Shown piece by piece: positions 21,755 to 32,201 of a DNA stretch of 32,201 nt; the stretch's first letter is position 1, and every line of letters starts with the position of its first letter. The notes under the pieces were generated by a model, which made no database searches, was not told where the DNA came from, and saw only the letters and a list, made by a program, of their open reading frames with translations. The stretch comes from Corallochytrium limacisporum Hawaii. Its lineage: Eukaryota; Protista; Pluriformea. A program made the translations under genes and the position numbers. The DNA lies in NCBI GenBank assembly GCA_002811645.1, contig PDIP01000083.1, positions 1 through 32,201 of the forward strand. Reading direction: 5' to 3'.

Positions 21755-22978
21755 ATGGATCACTTCAAGGAACCGCGGAAGTCCATGTCGGGCTGGTACT
21801 CCTACGTTTTTGTAGGCCTGCTGACTCTGGGTATCTCCATCCCTGTTTTATTTACATTCAAACCCCTAGCATACACATTGATCGGTGTCTTCTTCCTGCT
21901 GCGGGTTGTGCAGTGGTTCAGATTTTCGGGCACAGATGTTCCTAAGCAGAAGCTCAACTACGTCTCGGAGTACGTTAAAACACGCGATGGTCTAAGTATT
22001 CACATCCGTAGGATTGGTAAGGGCAAGAAGAAGGTTGCCATTGCGCAAGGGTTGGGCGTGGCTCTCGAAGCCTGGTACCCGGTGGTGGTCACGCTTCTCG
22101 AGGCCGGGGACTACGAAATCGTCAGTTGGGACTACCGCGGTCTGTTTGGGTCCGAAGGTCCGCAACGGATCCGTCGTCTGGGAATGCGGGAACATGCTAT
22201 GGATCTGCACGACATTAAGGAAGCGCTACATTTCGAGGCCCCATGGGAATGTGTAATGGGCTGGTCAACCGGTGTGCAATGTGCTCTCGAGTACGCTGCT
22301 GCCTTCCCTGAGGATGTTGACAAGCTCATGTTAATGTGTGGTGCTCCGGGCCACACGCTGCGCTACGCGTTTCAGCCCCTCATTACCCTACCACCTGCCC
22401 AGTTCTTGATCCACGAGATTTTGGACCTATTCAAGTGGTTGGTTCCGACCTACGAGATTGGCAGTTACCTGTTGGTCGGTGCTGGACGTCTCTTAGTGCT
22501 GGCGGCGGGCTTTTTGTTAGCCTTTCTTCAAGGTGCTCCTTTTTTCTACTACATTGTCAAGCTCTACACAAAGGACATGTTTCAACACGAGGAGGGTCAC
22601 TTTGTCAATTATCTCCGGTTCTTCCAAGAGTTGGATGCACACAGCTGTCGGCATCTCCTGCACGAGATTGAGCATCCTGCCTTGATCATTACCGGTCTGC
22701 TAGATCCTCTGACTCCGTCATGGCTGAGCTACGAAATGCATTCGCGGTTAAAGAACTCGGAATTGATTGTCTACCCTCTGGGCGATCATTTTTCCATTGG
22801 TCTGTACCCAAAGCAGGTTTCTGACAACATATACGAGTTCCTCGAGTTCGGCAGGCGCTTCACCCGCAAGAACAGCGTGTCCTTCGTGGAGCACGATCCC
22901 CATTGGAGGCGACGATCGAGTCAAGCAGGCATGGCGCAGTATTTTGAGCCTATCGAGGCCGCCAAGAAGGACAGGTAA
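21755..22978 (+). CDS. Membrane-anchored alpha/beta-fold serine hydrolase (lipase/esterase-like)
   Basis: Two N-terminal hydrophobic helices, AQGLG, SWDYRGLFGS, nucleophile elbow GWSTG, acid in GLLDPLTP and His in GDHF. Confidence 0.88.
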   Translation: MDHFKEPRKSMSGWYSYVFVGLLTLGISIPVLFTFKPLAYTLIGVFFLLRVVQWFRFSGTDVPKQKLNYVSEYVKTRDGLSIHIRRIGKGKKKVAIAQGLGVALEAWYPVVVTLLEAGDYEIVSWDYRGLFGSEGPQRIRRLGMREHAMDLHDIKEALHFEAPWECVMGWSTGVQCALEYAAAFPEDVDKLMLMCGAPGHTLRYAFQPLITLPPAQFLIHEILDLFKWLVPTYEIGSYLLVGAGRLLVLAAGFLLAFLQGAPFFYYIVKLYTKDMFQHEEGHFVNYLRFFQELDAHSCRHLLHEIEHPALIITGLLDPLTPSWLSYEMHSRLKNSELIVYPLGDHFSIGLYPKQVSDNIYEFLEFGRRFTRKNSVSFVEHDPHWRRRSSQAGMAQYFEPIEAAKKDR

Positions 22979-24915
22979 ACGATCCCATAATGGATCATGT
23001 ACATAGACATTCCCCGTGTCCTTTCCCTCAGAACGCCTGCCGACACCCCCTCCATCCCCAATTACCTGGGCCTCATTTCACAGAAACCAAAAAGGTATAT
23101 TAAAATTTGGTTGCCTTTTACAATATATAAGTATATAAAATATATGCTGGCGGCCGCTATAGCCAATGTATTGTACCCTAATCCACTGCCATCAAATCCG
23201 GTGAGCAAAGCGAAGGGGGACCACCACTTGTACTAGTAGTGTATTGTGGGAGGGGGCGCGAATACTACAAATCACTTTTGGTTGAAAGGCAACGGTACCA
23301 ACTGGGCAGGCAGCCAGGTTGGTGAATACCCATTCGCGTTCGTCTTCGTTCTCAGATTCCTCCCTGATATGTCTTCCGGTCCCATGGTTCACAACGTGGA
23401 CCAAAGGGCTGGCAGCTGTTGCGCCACTTTCTCTCAGCAAAGAGCAATCCATTACCGTAGAGTCTGTGTGATGCAAATTCGCTGCGCCCCCGCGCCCCCC
23501 CCCCTAGCATTGCAGTGCGTATTCGAAAGCATGCTTGTGGGTATTTGCATTCCCCTTCTTTCGCTCGGTTGTTGCTCGTGCAGGAGAAGGGTTGGGGTTG
23601 GGATTTGCAGCACGGCGGTGCGAAGCATTGTGCGCCCGAGATTTCACCATAGTCGTCTGTTACCGTTCGAACGTGGCCTTCTGTTCACGGGCACATCCTA
23701 GCTCATTAATTTTCTATCAATCAAATCTCCCCTTGAGACCAAGACGAACGTATCGAATCGGCGGCTAACACATGCATACACACCCGCACACACCAGCTGC
23801 TAAGCCCCGGCCCCCCTTTGGCTTTGGTGCCCTAGAACATATTGGAGCTCTGGTCGTACCCAGTTGTTTCAGCATGAAGTTTTGGAACTAACTGCTGGCC
23901 GCACAGTGTATCTCCATGTCGCTCCGCGCCATAGGCCAGTGAACCTGAGCAACCAGGGAACGGGCAAATTAAACGTACTCCTGTTTCCTCCATATGGAAT
24001 CAAAGAGTGGTCACTGACAGCGCTTGCACACCACATGGATTGGATCTCCGGTCTCCCCTGCATGAGTCCGGTATCCACCAAAGTTCGATCCCAGATGGCT
24101 TTTTCCGCAAAAGGACCGATCAGGCCGTTAACCCTCAGGGAGCCTGGACGAGAAAGTCGTCGAAAGCCCCAGGGCAGATGGGTTTGGGTGGGATGCTCAT
24201 TTCGAACAAACGTTTGCAGTAATGCAGTGCACCAAACCGAGCACCCTAAACATGTCAATCTGTTTACCCAGGTTTCAATGAGTTTTCAGTTGGCCGCATG
24301 ACCACACTACTGAAAAGCAACAGCTAGAACAGAAATTGGAACAAAGCAATCGAAGTTCTTGTCACACATTTGCCGATGGCGTTGTTCTCTTGATGCCGCG
24401 GTTGTTGGGCTCTGGATTTCAGGGGCGCTCATTATGGCAAAATTCATACACATCATTTCTTTTTTTTTGGCCTTCGGCGGAAACGAGTACGTACTGAAAC
24501 TATCGGTTTTCTGGCCTTGGGGTGTACCCCCCCCCTTTTTTTGTATTCCTGCAACGGTCAGACAGTAAAATATTCCCCCCCCCCGGTTCAATTTCCTCCC
24601 TGCGACTCAATTTGGATGGCCAACCCCCGTCTCTGTGCCAATCTGACCACTCCTTTTTTCTTACCCCCACTTCCCTCGCCTTCCCTTGCCCTTCCCCACT
24701 CCCCCTCTCCTGCCCTTGTCCTTCCCCCCTCCCCCCCCTTCCCTTTCTCTCCCCCTTTTGTCCGTGGCGGTGGGCCTGCCTGTGTGTGGAGAGGGAAGGG
24801 TCAGCAGACATTTACGCCCGCTGGCGGTGTATGTGAATTTTTGTTCTTTCAAACAACGCTTCCTCCCTTCTTTTTCGTTTCTTTGCTGTTCAGTCAGTAC
24901 TCTCGGACTGCGCGC

Positions 24916-24955
24916 CTCTCTCTCTCTGTCTCTCTCTTTCTCTCTTTCTCTCTCT
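24916..24955. repeat. Imperfect (CT)n microsatellite
   Basis: ctctctctctctgtctctctctttctctctttctctctct. Confidence 0.9.
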
Positions 24956-26100
24956 ATTTCATCGGCTGCGCAATAAACTCGCCTTTCGCTGATGTTTCAT
25001 ATTTTTTTCTTCCTTTTGGCACCCTCAGCGATCGTAGTTTCAGCGTTTTTTTTTGTTCTCGGTTTCACAGCGCTGGAATCTTACGGAACTGTCCAAACCC
25101 CAAAGAACCGACGATGGACAAGTTACTGCGATCTCAACAGACACAAAATGGCTCAGCTGCTGGTGCGGTATACCGGGGGAAAGCAAAGCCCCAGGAATAA
25201 CAACAAGATGACACAATTGCCACCGTTGTAGATTCCGCACCGTGGGTTTGAGCCATTGTTGCAATCGGTCCGGGTCCCGTTCCCTGTGGATTACTTGTAG
25301 TACGTCCCCCCGTACCTACGCTGCTATGTTACCGAATGATGACAGTCCATTATGGAACTTGATGTAGCAATAGTGGTAGCGCAAAGAAATCTATGCAGAA
25401 CGTACGGTATACAAAAGTTCTCAGAACCTTCATTGTGGATTCCTGTGGTTGCGTGTTAGATGTATCTTCTTCAGGGTTGCTAAAGCAAATCAAACTGAAC
25501 TTGATGACCATCGCCAGCTGTAGTCCGTCGGGAGTGACTGGCCTCCGCCATGCGGAAGGGAGACCGTGTGTATGGTTGTGACGTTGTTAAATTGCTCCCA
25601 TGCCAAGGATTAGTAAGACGACAATACATTTTTTATCAGTCGCACCCAAGCAAAACTCTAAGGTGCCGAGGGTACATACAGCAGGAGTACACTACCGGTG
25701 GATTAGCGAGCTCGGCGTTCAAGATGATTCCAGAAGCGAAGTATGATGGTATGATTCATACTTATCAGTCTGCGTGCATCAAACACGTCTGAACTCCAAG
25801 AAAGAAGCATCCCTAGACTAACCGGTCTGGATCGTCGTAGGTGCATCCAACCCATACAGACTGCATGGCCGTATTCACAGACCTACTCCAGTCCATCCCA
25901 ATTCATCTTTCAACGAAAGCGTCCTTCCCTTCACCGGTCCGACGAAGCAAGAATCGCCGAGCCCGGGAACAGAACAGGACCGTTTTAAAGTCATTCACAC
26001 AATTTTGCCAAAAATTAACCTCCGCCAAGAACAACAACAACAGAATAGAAACAAACACATATTGGAATTCCTGAATTATGAGTAAGTACATAAACAACGT

Positions 26101-26199
26101 CCCCCCCGGAAGGGGGAGGGGGGATTGGTTGTGTGGGTCGTCCAACAGACCCCCCCCCCCCGGAGGGGGGGGGGGGGGACGGGGGGGGGGGGGGGGGGG
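26101..26199. repeat. Poly(C)/poly(G) tract cluster (G-quadruplex or hairpin potential)
   Basis: C7-GG at 26101, C12 at 26150-26161, G14 at 26165-26178 and G19 at 26181-26199. Confidence 0.85.
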
Positions 26200-26291
26200 A
26201 GAATCTTCAACGGAAATGTCAGTTTCCCATTTTTTTTTTGCTGAATTAGAATAGCGGGGCGCAGTGAAACAGGTGTTCCGTTTGCAATCCA

Positions 26292-26320
<29 letters not shown>
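26292..26320. repeat. (CA)n microsatellite
   Basis: About 14 perfect CA units. Confidence 0.95.
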
Positions 26321-26323
<3 letters not shown>

Positions 26324-28419
26324 ACAGAGGAAACCTCCTTCGGAGAACGCCGCCAATTTATCCTCTTCCGTCTCTATGCTGTTTCCTTTTTGGAGTACTA
26401 AGAATCTGAGTTCATTCATGGGCAAAAGTTGGTGGCTGACCTAAGTTTGTGGTTGAGTTTTGTTTTCCAAAGCCCTGCTTATCCTGGGAAACGACAAAAA
26501 TGTTTGTATTGTTCCACTTTTGTTACCATCTCAAAAGGCCCTGCAAGCCCGACGGGCGGTACCCAGCAACAAGGGTCTCGGGAAAGGGTACGAAGAAAGA
26601 ACTTCAGTACATTTTGACCCAGAGGACGAAGGAACAAAACACCGGTACACCGCAGATGTGAAATCCTTCCGCCCTCTTTTTCTTTTGCCCCCCCCCCTCC
26701 GGGGGCTCTCCTCGCTTTCCTCTTCCACCTCCCCCCCCCTTTCCCCCCCCCGGGGGGCTTTCCCCGCAGTCTCTCCTCCTTTGCCAAATCCTAAGGTCTG
26801 ACAAGGGGCTTGCAATTTCAATGGTAGGTTTTCTTAGTTTCTCGGTGATGACTATTGGCAGGCTGAATCTCTTCCCACTAGTTACTGTTGGTTGCAGGTT
26901 GGGTTGTATGGGAGGAACCTGGATCCACGCAGGAGCTAGCTTGCAATTCTTCCTGTGGTTGAGTAGATACATACCTTCTGTATTTTGGTAGCTTAGACCA
27001 ACTTCCTCCCCTTTGACATGTGTAGAACGATTTGCCCATCCAATCGAACCATAATTGCCATCATACGACTCTATGCAACTGACCGCTCGGCAATGCGGGG
27101 TTTTGCTTCTTGCTACTCATCATCATCTCATCGTTTGAAGCACTCGCGAACCATGGACAAGCAAGCACTTTGTTTAATACAACACGAACTGTTTTGGGAA
27201 ACGATAGGTATCATATGCCGGCGTCCTTGGGTCAGCCATGGAGACACAAACAACAATTCGCAACACCCCTCCACAAGCGCGTCTGCTGCGTCTTGAAGTA
27301 CTGAATGATGTCCGTCCGTCCGGTGCGTAAGAGAGAAACGCATAACCGGTTTCATATGAAACCTAATTTAGCTGTCCGGGATGCGGTGATGAGAATGACG
27401 GGGACGGAAACCATCGGTTGCGCTCACCGATGGCCCCCGGTATCACGGAAAAAGCGGGGAAAACAGACCAACGGACGCTAAACTGTTACAACATCCGGTG
27501 CACTTGTAGCCATTAGCCACTCTCCCTAAATGCTCAGGACTGACTCTTAACTCTTTCCGATGCAAATGGGCATGGAGATTGTGAAACAAGATAGATTCCA
27601 GGAAGACGCAACGCACTGTGTGATTTTTTTCCTATTTGCATCCACATACAAAGCATGAGGCGAGAACTTGCAACATTTCTCTAAGGGCAAGGACCAGCTG
27701 TTAGATCTACTAGCGGTGGTGATCTAATCTGCTGTACTGGCATTTACTCGTTTTCGCTGGGTGTGTCCGTTAGCAGATATCTGCGAATCGGTACTAGAGT
27801 CGCCATAGGACCATCCCCGGTCCCTATTTTGCAATCTTCTGTTGTACGCCCCCCCCCCCACTCCCACTATCATATGCTTGCCTTGCAAGCATACTGGTTG
27901 CATAGCCATTTGTACGAGATTCCCCATACTTTTCCCAAAAGGAGTGGCCCAGGTGAAGAGGACTTCCAACCCCTCCACTTTGGGGAAAGGAAGGGGGGAA
28001 ATGGTGTTCATGGCCATCGCAAACAGGACACTTGAAGTCCGTGCAATTCAGCAATGTGATTGTCTACGTAGTGCTATTGGGGACTTGTTTCCGTCTCTTC
28101 TGCAACGATTGCCATCACAAGAGCAGCACTTTCATGGACAAACAATTGGTTGACATGGGCAAGAAGAACAATAGAACTCAGTGTGATGGTGAGGTATTCG
28201 GGACGTGTTGCCGACGGTAGCATTGAGATCAACCTAGCACATGCAAGGCAGCTCATTTAAACCACATTGAGGCTTGAGTATTGTAAGATATAATATGAGT
28301 ACCATGAAAAATCGAACATGAACGGGAAAATATATGAAATCGAAATAATGGTAAAATAGATCGAATTTTGGAGGCCTATGACCATCGTTTAGGTACAGGT
28401 TACAAATTACAAGTCCGCA

Positions 28420-31400
28420 ATGTCTATAGATGAAAGGAGATTGAGTGGGACTTTGAGCGATGGTGCTGTGGTGCTTATCGGTGCCAGGTCAAGCAGTGTG
28501 AACGACTCAGAAAAGATAGGTTTGTCAAGACGGAGCAGAGAGAACAATCGGAGATCGTCTGTGAGCTTTGGGATATCGCCACAGGCGCCCCGATTCGACG
28601 ACAATGTAAATATTATTCCCAATGCCAAGCCGGAACCTAGTTCAGTCTATGAGGAATACAGTGCGGGAGGATGCCTACGACAGACTTGTCTACCTTGCTT
28701 TGGATATGGGCCCAAAGGAGGAGACAACAATGGAGATGACTACTCAGCTAAGGGACGGAAATCTAGCAAGTCGAGTTTCGGCACTATGATGGGACAAGAC
28801 CGACGCTTCCGGAAACGGATAATTTTGTCTGTGGTTTGCGCGATATTTACGATTGGTGTGGGTATTACATTAAGCATTTTGCTCTATTTATATATGGAGG
28901 GTGTGCTTGTCCACGAAGCGGAAGTGGAGAATGATGCTCAGTGCAACCTGGCCATGCAGAATGTGATTAGGCAGGTTGAATCCATGAATGAAATCTGCGC
29001 CGGTCTGGCCGGATATAATCTGATCATCGATGAAGCTCTGCGCACTACGGGTGAACCGGACTACGCTGAGGTTGAGACGTTTTTACTACCTGTCGATTTG
29101 GCAGCCCAGGGCATCCTCACTGTAACCATTCCGGTCATGATTCCGCATGCTGAGCGGGCCACCTGGGAGGCACTCTACAATGCAAACATCTCTGATATAA
29201 CCAGTGGTGAGTACTATGATCAGACACGGGCAAACCCGGAAGCTGACCAAGACTTCAAGGTGCGGGCAGATGACCGGGAGGCCTACTGGCCCATTACTTA
29301 CTCAATGACCGCAGGTTCCAACCTTGTGAGCGGGTTTCAGCCTCTGGTGGGTCTCGACGTGCTCACCATGGATGGTGGCAGCAACTATTTCGCCCAGGCT
29401 CTTGATCACATGTTGGAGACAGGTAAGTTTACCTTCGCTGGCAAGCCACCTGCTGTACCTGGCAAGGGTGCGTACAACACCATGTACCCAGTCTACTCGA
29501 ATGAGTTTTTGCCTGGCACCGAAGGTGATATGTACAGCCGGCCGCTCTCAGACACGACGTTTGACAGCCGTGCACGTTCTTTGCTTGGGTTCGTGGTCAA
29601 CGCGACCTTCCTGGCCGAGGAGGCACTGATGACTTCAATCATCGCATCAAACGAAGCCAACGCCGAACTGACCGCATTTGATCGGCAATATGACCTGACC
29701 ATCCAACTCTATGAGGATGATTCGCGTCAGATCGTAAACCTGGAGGAGCAGGCGTACTCAATTCCAGCAGACAAGAGCATGCTCAAAGGTGGCAGCGCCC
29801 TAGAAAAAATTGAGGCTACCGTGGTCCACTACCCAACACCATACATGGGCTGGCACCTGCGCTGTATTCCCTCGACAGAGGTCGTTGATAGCACGTTCTT
29901 GCCTGCCTTGGGCGCTGCCATTACCTTGGCTGTGTTTACACTGCTCGCGGTGTACCTCTTCAGTCACATATTGTACTTGCGCAACGCCCAGCGATGCGTC
30001 GACCGTGCAACTCGGCATCTGCGCAAGGCCAATGCACAGCAGCGCCGTATTCTGCTGGACAAGCAGGACTTTATGAGCTTCATTTGCCACGAAATCCGCA
30101 ACCCCTTGAACGTGCTCAAGGGCACTCTGGATCTGGCCGCTCTGGATAAGACGATTCCACAGGATGTGTTGTCCACCTTTGACATTAGCATCGGCTCCAT
30201 GCTCACCCTCGTTAACGACATGCTCACCCTGCAGAAGGCCACCGGCCAGAAGATCGAGCTTGAGGAGGAGCCGATTCACCTGAACCACTTCTTTGAAGGC
30301 ATTGCCGTCGTCTACGCATCCCAGTGTGATCTGAAGGGTGTGCATTTCAAGTATGATAAGACCGCTTTGCCGAACAAGTCGGTGGTACTTGGTGACTCCA
30401 CACGCATTCAGGAGATTCTGCAAAATCTTCTGAGTAATGCTGTCAAATTTACGGACGCCGGTGGTGATGTCTCTATGACAATCTCTGTGCACCACCAAGT
30501 TCCGTCTGTGGTAGGCAGTGTCCACGTCCGTTCCGACGGTCGCATTGTTCGGTCTGAGGACATGAACGAGGCCGAACCCGCGGAGCAGGGCGCGTTGGTC
30601 ATTCCGTCAGCAAATGTAATGGTAGGACTCCAGGAGCCTGAAACACAGGACGACTCCACACTGGCCCACACAAACGGACCGGGTGTCCGCAGTAAACTGC
30701 GCAAGCTCTTTTACCGACGTGCCAATGGCAAGCCACCACCTGGCAACTCGGCCGTGTCTGACGTGGCCACTGAGACACCTTCTTGTGCGAAGAAAGTGTC
30801 AGCGGGCAATCTGCGGTCTGAGGCATCCGGCATATCTCATTCCGCTATTGAAATGCCCTACAGTACCTCTCACAGATCAGAGTTGAATCACAACGATTCA
30901 TGCAACACAGACGACGACGAACTGTCTCAGGGCAGTCTGAACGAGAAAGTCTGGCTCAAGATTGAGGTCGAGGACAGTGGCATTGGCATACATGTGGATA
31001 ACCAGGATATCATCTTCCTGCCCTACCATCAAGCCAAGGCAGACATTAATCGCACCTACGGCGGCACAGGGCTTGGTCTCCCCATTGTAGCGGAACTGTG
31101 TCGCCTGATGAATGGCACCATTTCGCTGTACTCTGTGGAGGGCCAGGGGTCCAAGTTCACCATCATTCTCGAATTGCAGAAGGCTAGCTCCGCCGTAACA
31201 GACATGGTGGACTCCAAACTGTCCATTGAGGCCGAGCACCATCCCGACGATGCCAAGACTGCTATCGAAGGAAAGACAGCCATGTCTGAACCAGTGCAAG
31301 AACGCAAACTGAATGTCCTCATTGTCGACGATCACATGCTTAACCGCAAGGTCATGTCTAGCATGATTCTGCGCTTGGGGCATACTGTGGCCGGTCAGGC

Positions 31401-31725
31401 AGAGAACGGTGAGGAAGCCATCCGTCTGATGGATGGTATGGACCTCATTCGCACCGTTGATTGCGTGTTCATGGACCAGAGCATGCCGGGCATGATGGGA
31501 TTGGACTGCTGCCGCCATCTACGGCAGCTGGGCGCCAACTGTCCCATTATTCTGATTTCTGCTAACACTGGCGACGAGATTGAACAGGCCGCCCGAGACA
31601 GTGGTATTACCGATTTCATGCCAAAACCAATCACTATGGCCAAGATGAAGGAAGTGCTAACCAAGTACGCCGGCTCGAAGCCCATGCCTCCTTCTGCGGT
31701 TGCAGTGGACATGTCCAATGTTTAG
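28420..31725 (+). CDS. Hybrid sensor histidine kinase: TM - CHASE-like sensor - TM - HisKA - HATPase_c - receiver
   Basis: TM1 IILSVVCAIFTIGVGITLSILLYLY. CHASE-like motifs IPHAERATWE, RADDREAYWPITY, LVGLDV, PVY and LLGFV. TM2 ALGAAITLAVFTLLAVYLF. H-box FICHEIRNPL (His 30088-30090), N-box NLLSNAVKFT, G1 VEDSGIGI, G2 YGGTGLGL. Receiver VLIVDD...FMDQSMPG (Asp 31474-31476)...ISAN...PKP. Confidence 0.95.
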   Translation: MSIDERRLSGTLSDGAVVLIGARSSSVNDSEKIGLSRRSRENNRRSSVSFGISPQAPRFDDNVNIIPNAKPEPSSVYEEYSAGGCLRQTCLPCFGYGPKGGDNNGDDYSAKGRKSSKSSFGTMMGQDRRFRKRIILSVVCAIFTIGVGITLSILLYLYMEGVLVHEAEVENDAQCNLAMQNVIRQVESMNEICAGLAGYNLIIDEALRTTGEPDYAEVETFLLPVDLAAQGILTVTIPVMIPHAERATWEALYNANISDITSGEYYDQTRANPEADQDFKVRADDREAYWPITYSMTAGSNLVSGFQPLVGLDVLTMDGGSNYFAQALDHMLETGKFTFAGKPPAVPGKGAYNTMYPVYSNEFLPGTEGDMYSRPLSDTTFDSRARSLLGFVVNATFLAEEALMTSIIASNEANAELTAFDRQYDLTIQLYEDDSRQIVNLEEQAYSIPADKSMLKGGSALEKIEATVVHYPTPYMGWHLRCIPSTEVVDSTFLPALGAAITLAVFTLLAVYLFSHILYLRNAQRCVDRATRHLRKANAQQRRILLDKQDFMSFICHEIRNPLNVLKGTLDLAALDKTIPQDVLSTFDISIGSMLTLVNDMLTLQKATGQKIELEEEPIHLNHFFEGIAVVYASQCDLKGVHFKYDKTALPNKSVVLGDSTRIQEILQNLLSNAVKFTDAGGDVSMTISVHHQVPSVVGSVHVRSDGRIVRSEDMNEAEPAEQGALVIPSANVMVGLQEPETQDDSTLAHTNGPGVRSKLRKLFYRRANGKPPPGNSAVSDVATETPSCAKKVSAGNLRSEASGISHSAIEMPYSTSHRSELNHNDSCNTDDDELSQGSLNEKVWLKIEVEDSGIGIHVDNQDIIFLPYHQAKADINRTYGGTGLGLPIVAELCRLMNGTISLYSVEGQGSKFTIILELQKASSAVTDMVDSKLSIEAEHHPDDAKTAIEGKTAMSEPVQERKLNVLIVDDHMLNRKVMSSMILRLGHTVAGQAENGEEAIRLMDGMDLIRTVDCVFMDQSMPGMMGLDCCRHLRQLGANCPIILISANTGDEIEQAARDSGITDFMPKPITMAKMKEVLTKYAGSKPMPPSAVAVDMSNV

Positions 31726-32201
31726 TCGTCCTCCATGTGGTCAGATGACGAATGGTCTGTTCCAATTCATGGCACAAAGCTCCACCAGGAGTGTGGCTGC
31801 TTTGTGCCCTCATACCGTTTATCATGAACATAACACTATGTACAATTCCATCATCCTTTAATAAATAAGTCATACATCTCATCTAACCCACAGATCTAAC
31901 TAACAATGAGCCCGTGATTACCAGCAGTATCGCGTTGCTCGACATATCGTGTTCCACTCGCATTTGGAGGTCCAGCAGACCCGCTATCCCGAATTTTATA
32001 TACCTTTTTGTGATTCTCTAAAATAATGGTCTCTTTCTAATTAATTATACGTAAATATTTAAATACTTGCCACAGGGGGATCCCTTAGGGGCCTATTTAA
32101 CCAAAGAAACTACCAACCTCTGCCCCATAAGTTAAGGAGGAATCTGCCTAAAAACATGCACCGTAATATAAGGAGGGAGATTCTGATTTTTTCTCCATTT
32201 C

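Noticed and set aside
23864-24301. ORF containing HMDWISGLP, similar to the first integrase Asp motif
   Set aside because: Isolated short match; downstream integrase motifs are absent in the frames examined.
24517-25200. 227-aa ORF across the C/T-rich region
   Set aside because: Low-complexity Pro/Phe/Leu translation of microsatellite and pyrimidine tracts with a non-ATG start. Only the last 28 codons are considered separately.

Overview
Eukaryotic genomic DNA from an intron-poor microbial eukaryote (protist or fungus-like; the taxon cannot be fixed from sequence alone). The evidence is an NCBP3 gene, one clear GT-AG intron, microsatellites and long intergenic spacers. About 12 protein genes are supported: an O-fucosyltransferase-like type II membrane glycosyltransferase, an LCM-family SAM methyltransferase split by a single in-frame TAG, an epoxide-hydrolase-type alpha/beta hydrolase, a membrane-anchored TauD/SyrP-like dioxygenase, two divergent small secreted proteins (one a Pro-rich precursor with a decayed SRR-delimited repeat tail), a DUF2855 protein, a two-exon Dabb protein that the ORF track only partly captured, NCBP3, a MECR/ETR-like MDR reductase, a membrane-anchored serine hydrolase and a 1101-aa CHASE-type hybrid histidine kinase. 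The best leads are the single-TAG methyltransferase (27-nt micro-intron, editing/readthrough, or pseudogene), the Kex2-repeat-like precursor, the cytokinin-receptor/DhkA-like kinase, a possible tailoring-enzyme cluster at 0.3-7.4 kb, and sense-strand poly(C) tracts upstream of several genes. All family calls come from reading motifs by eye; no database searches were run.
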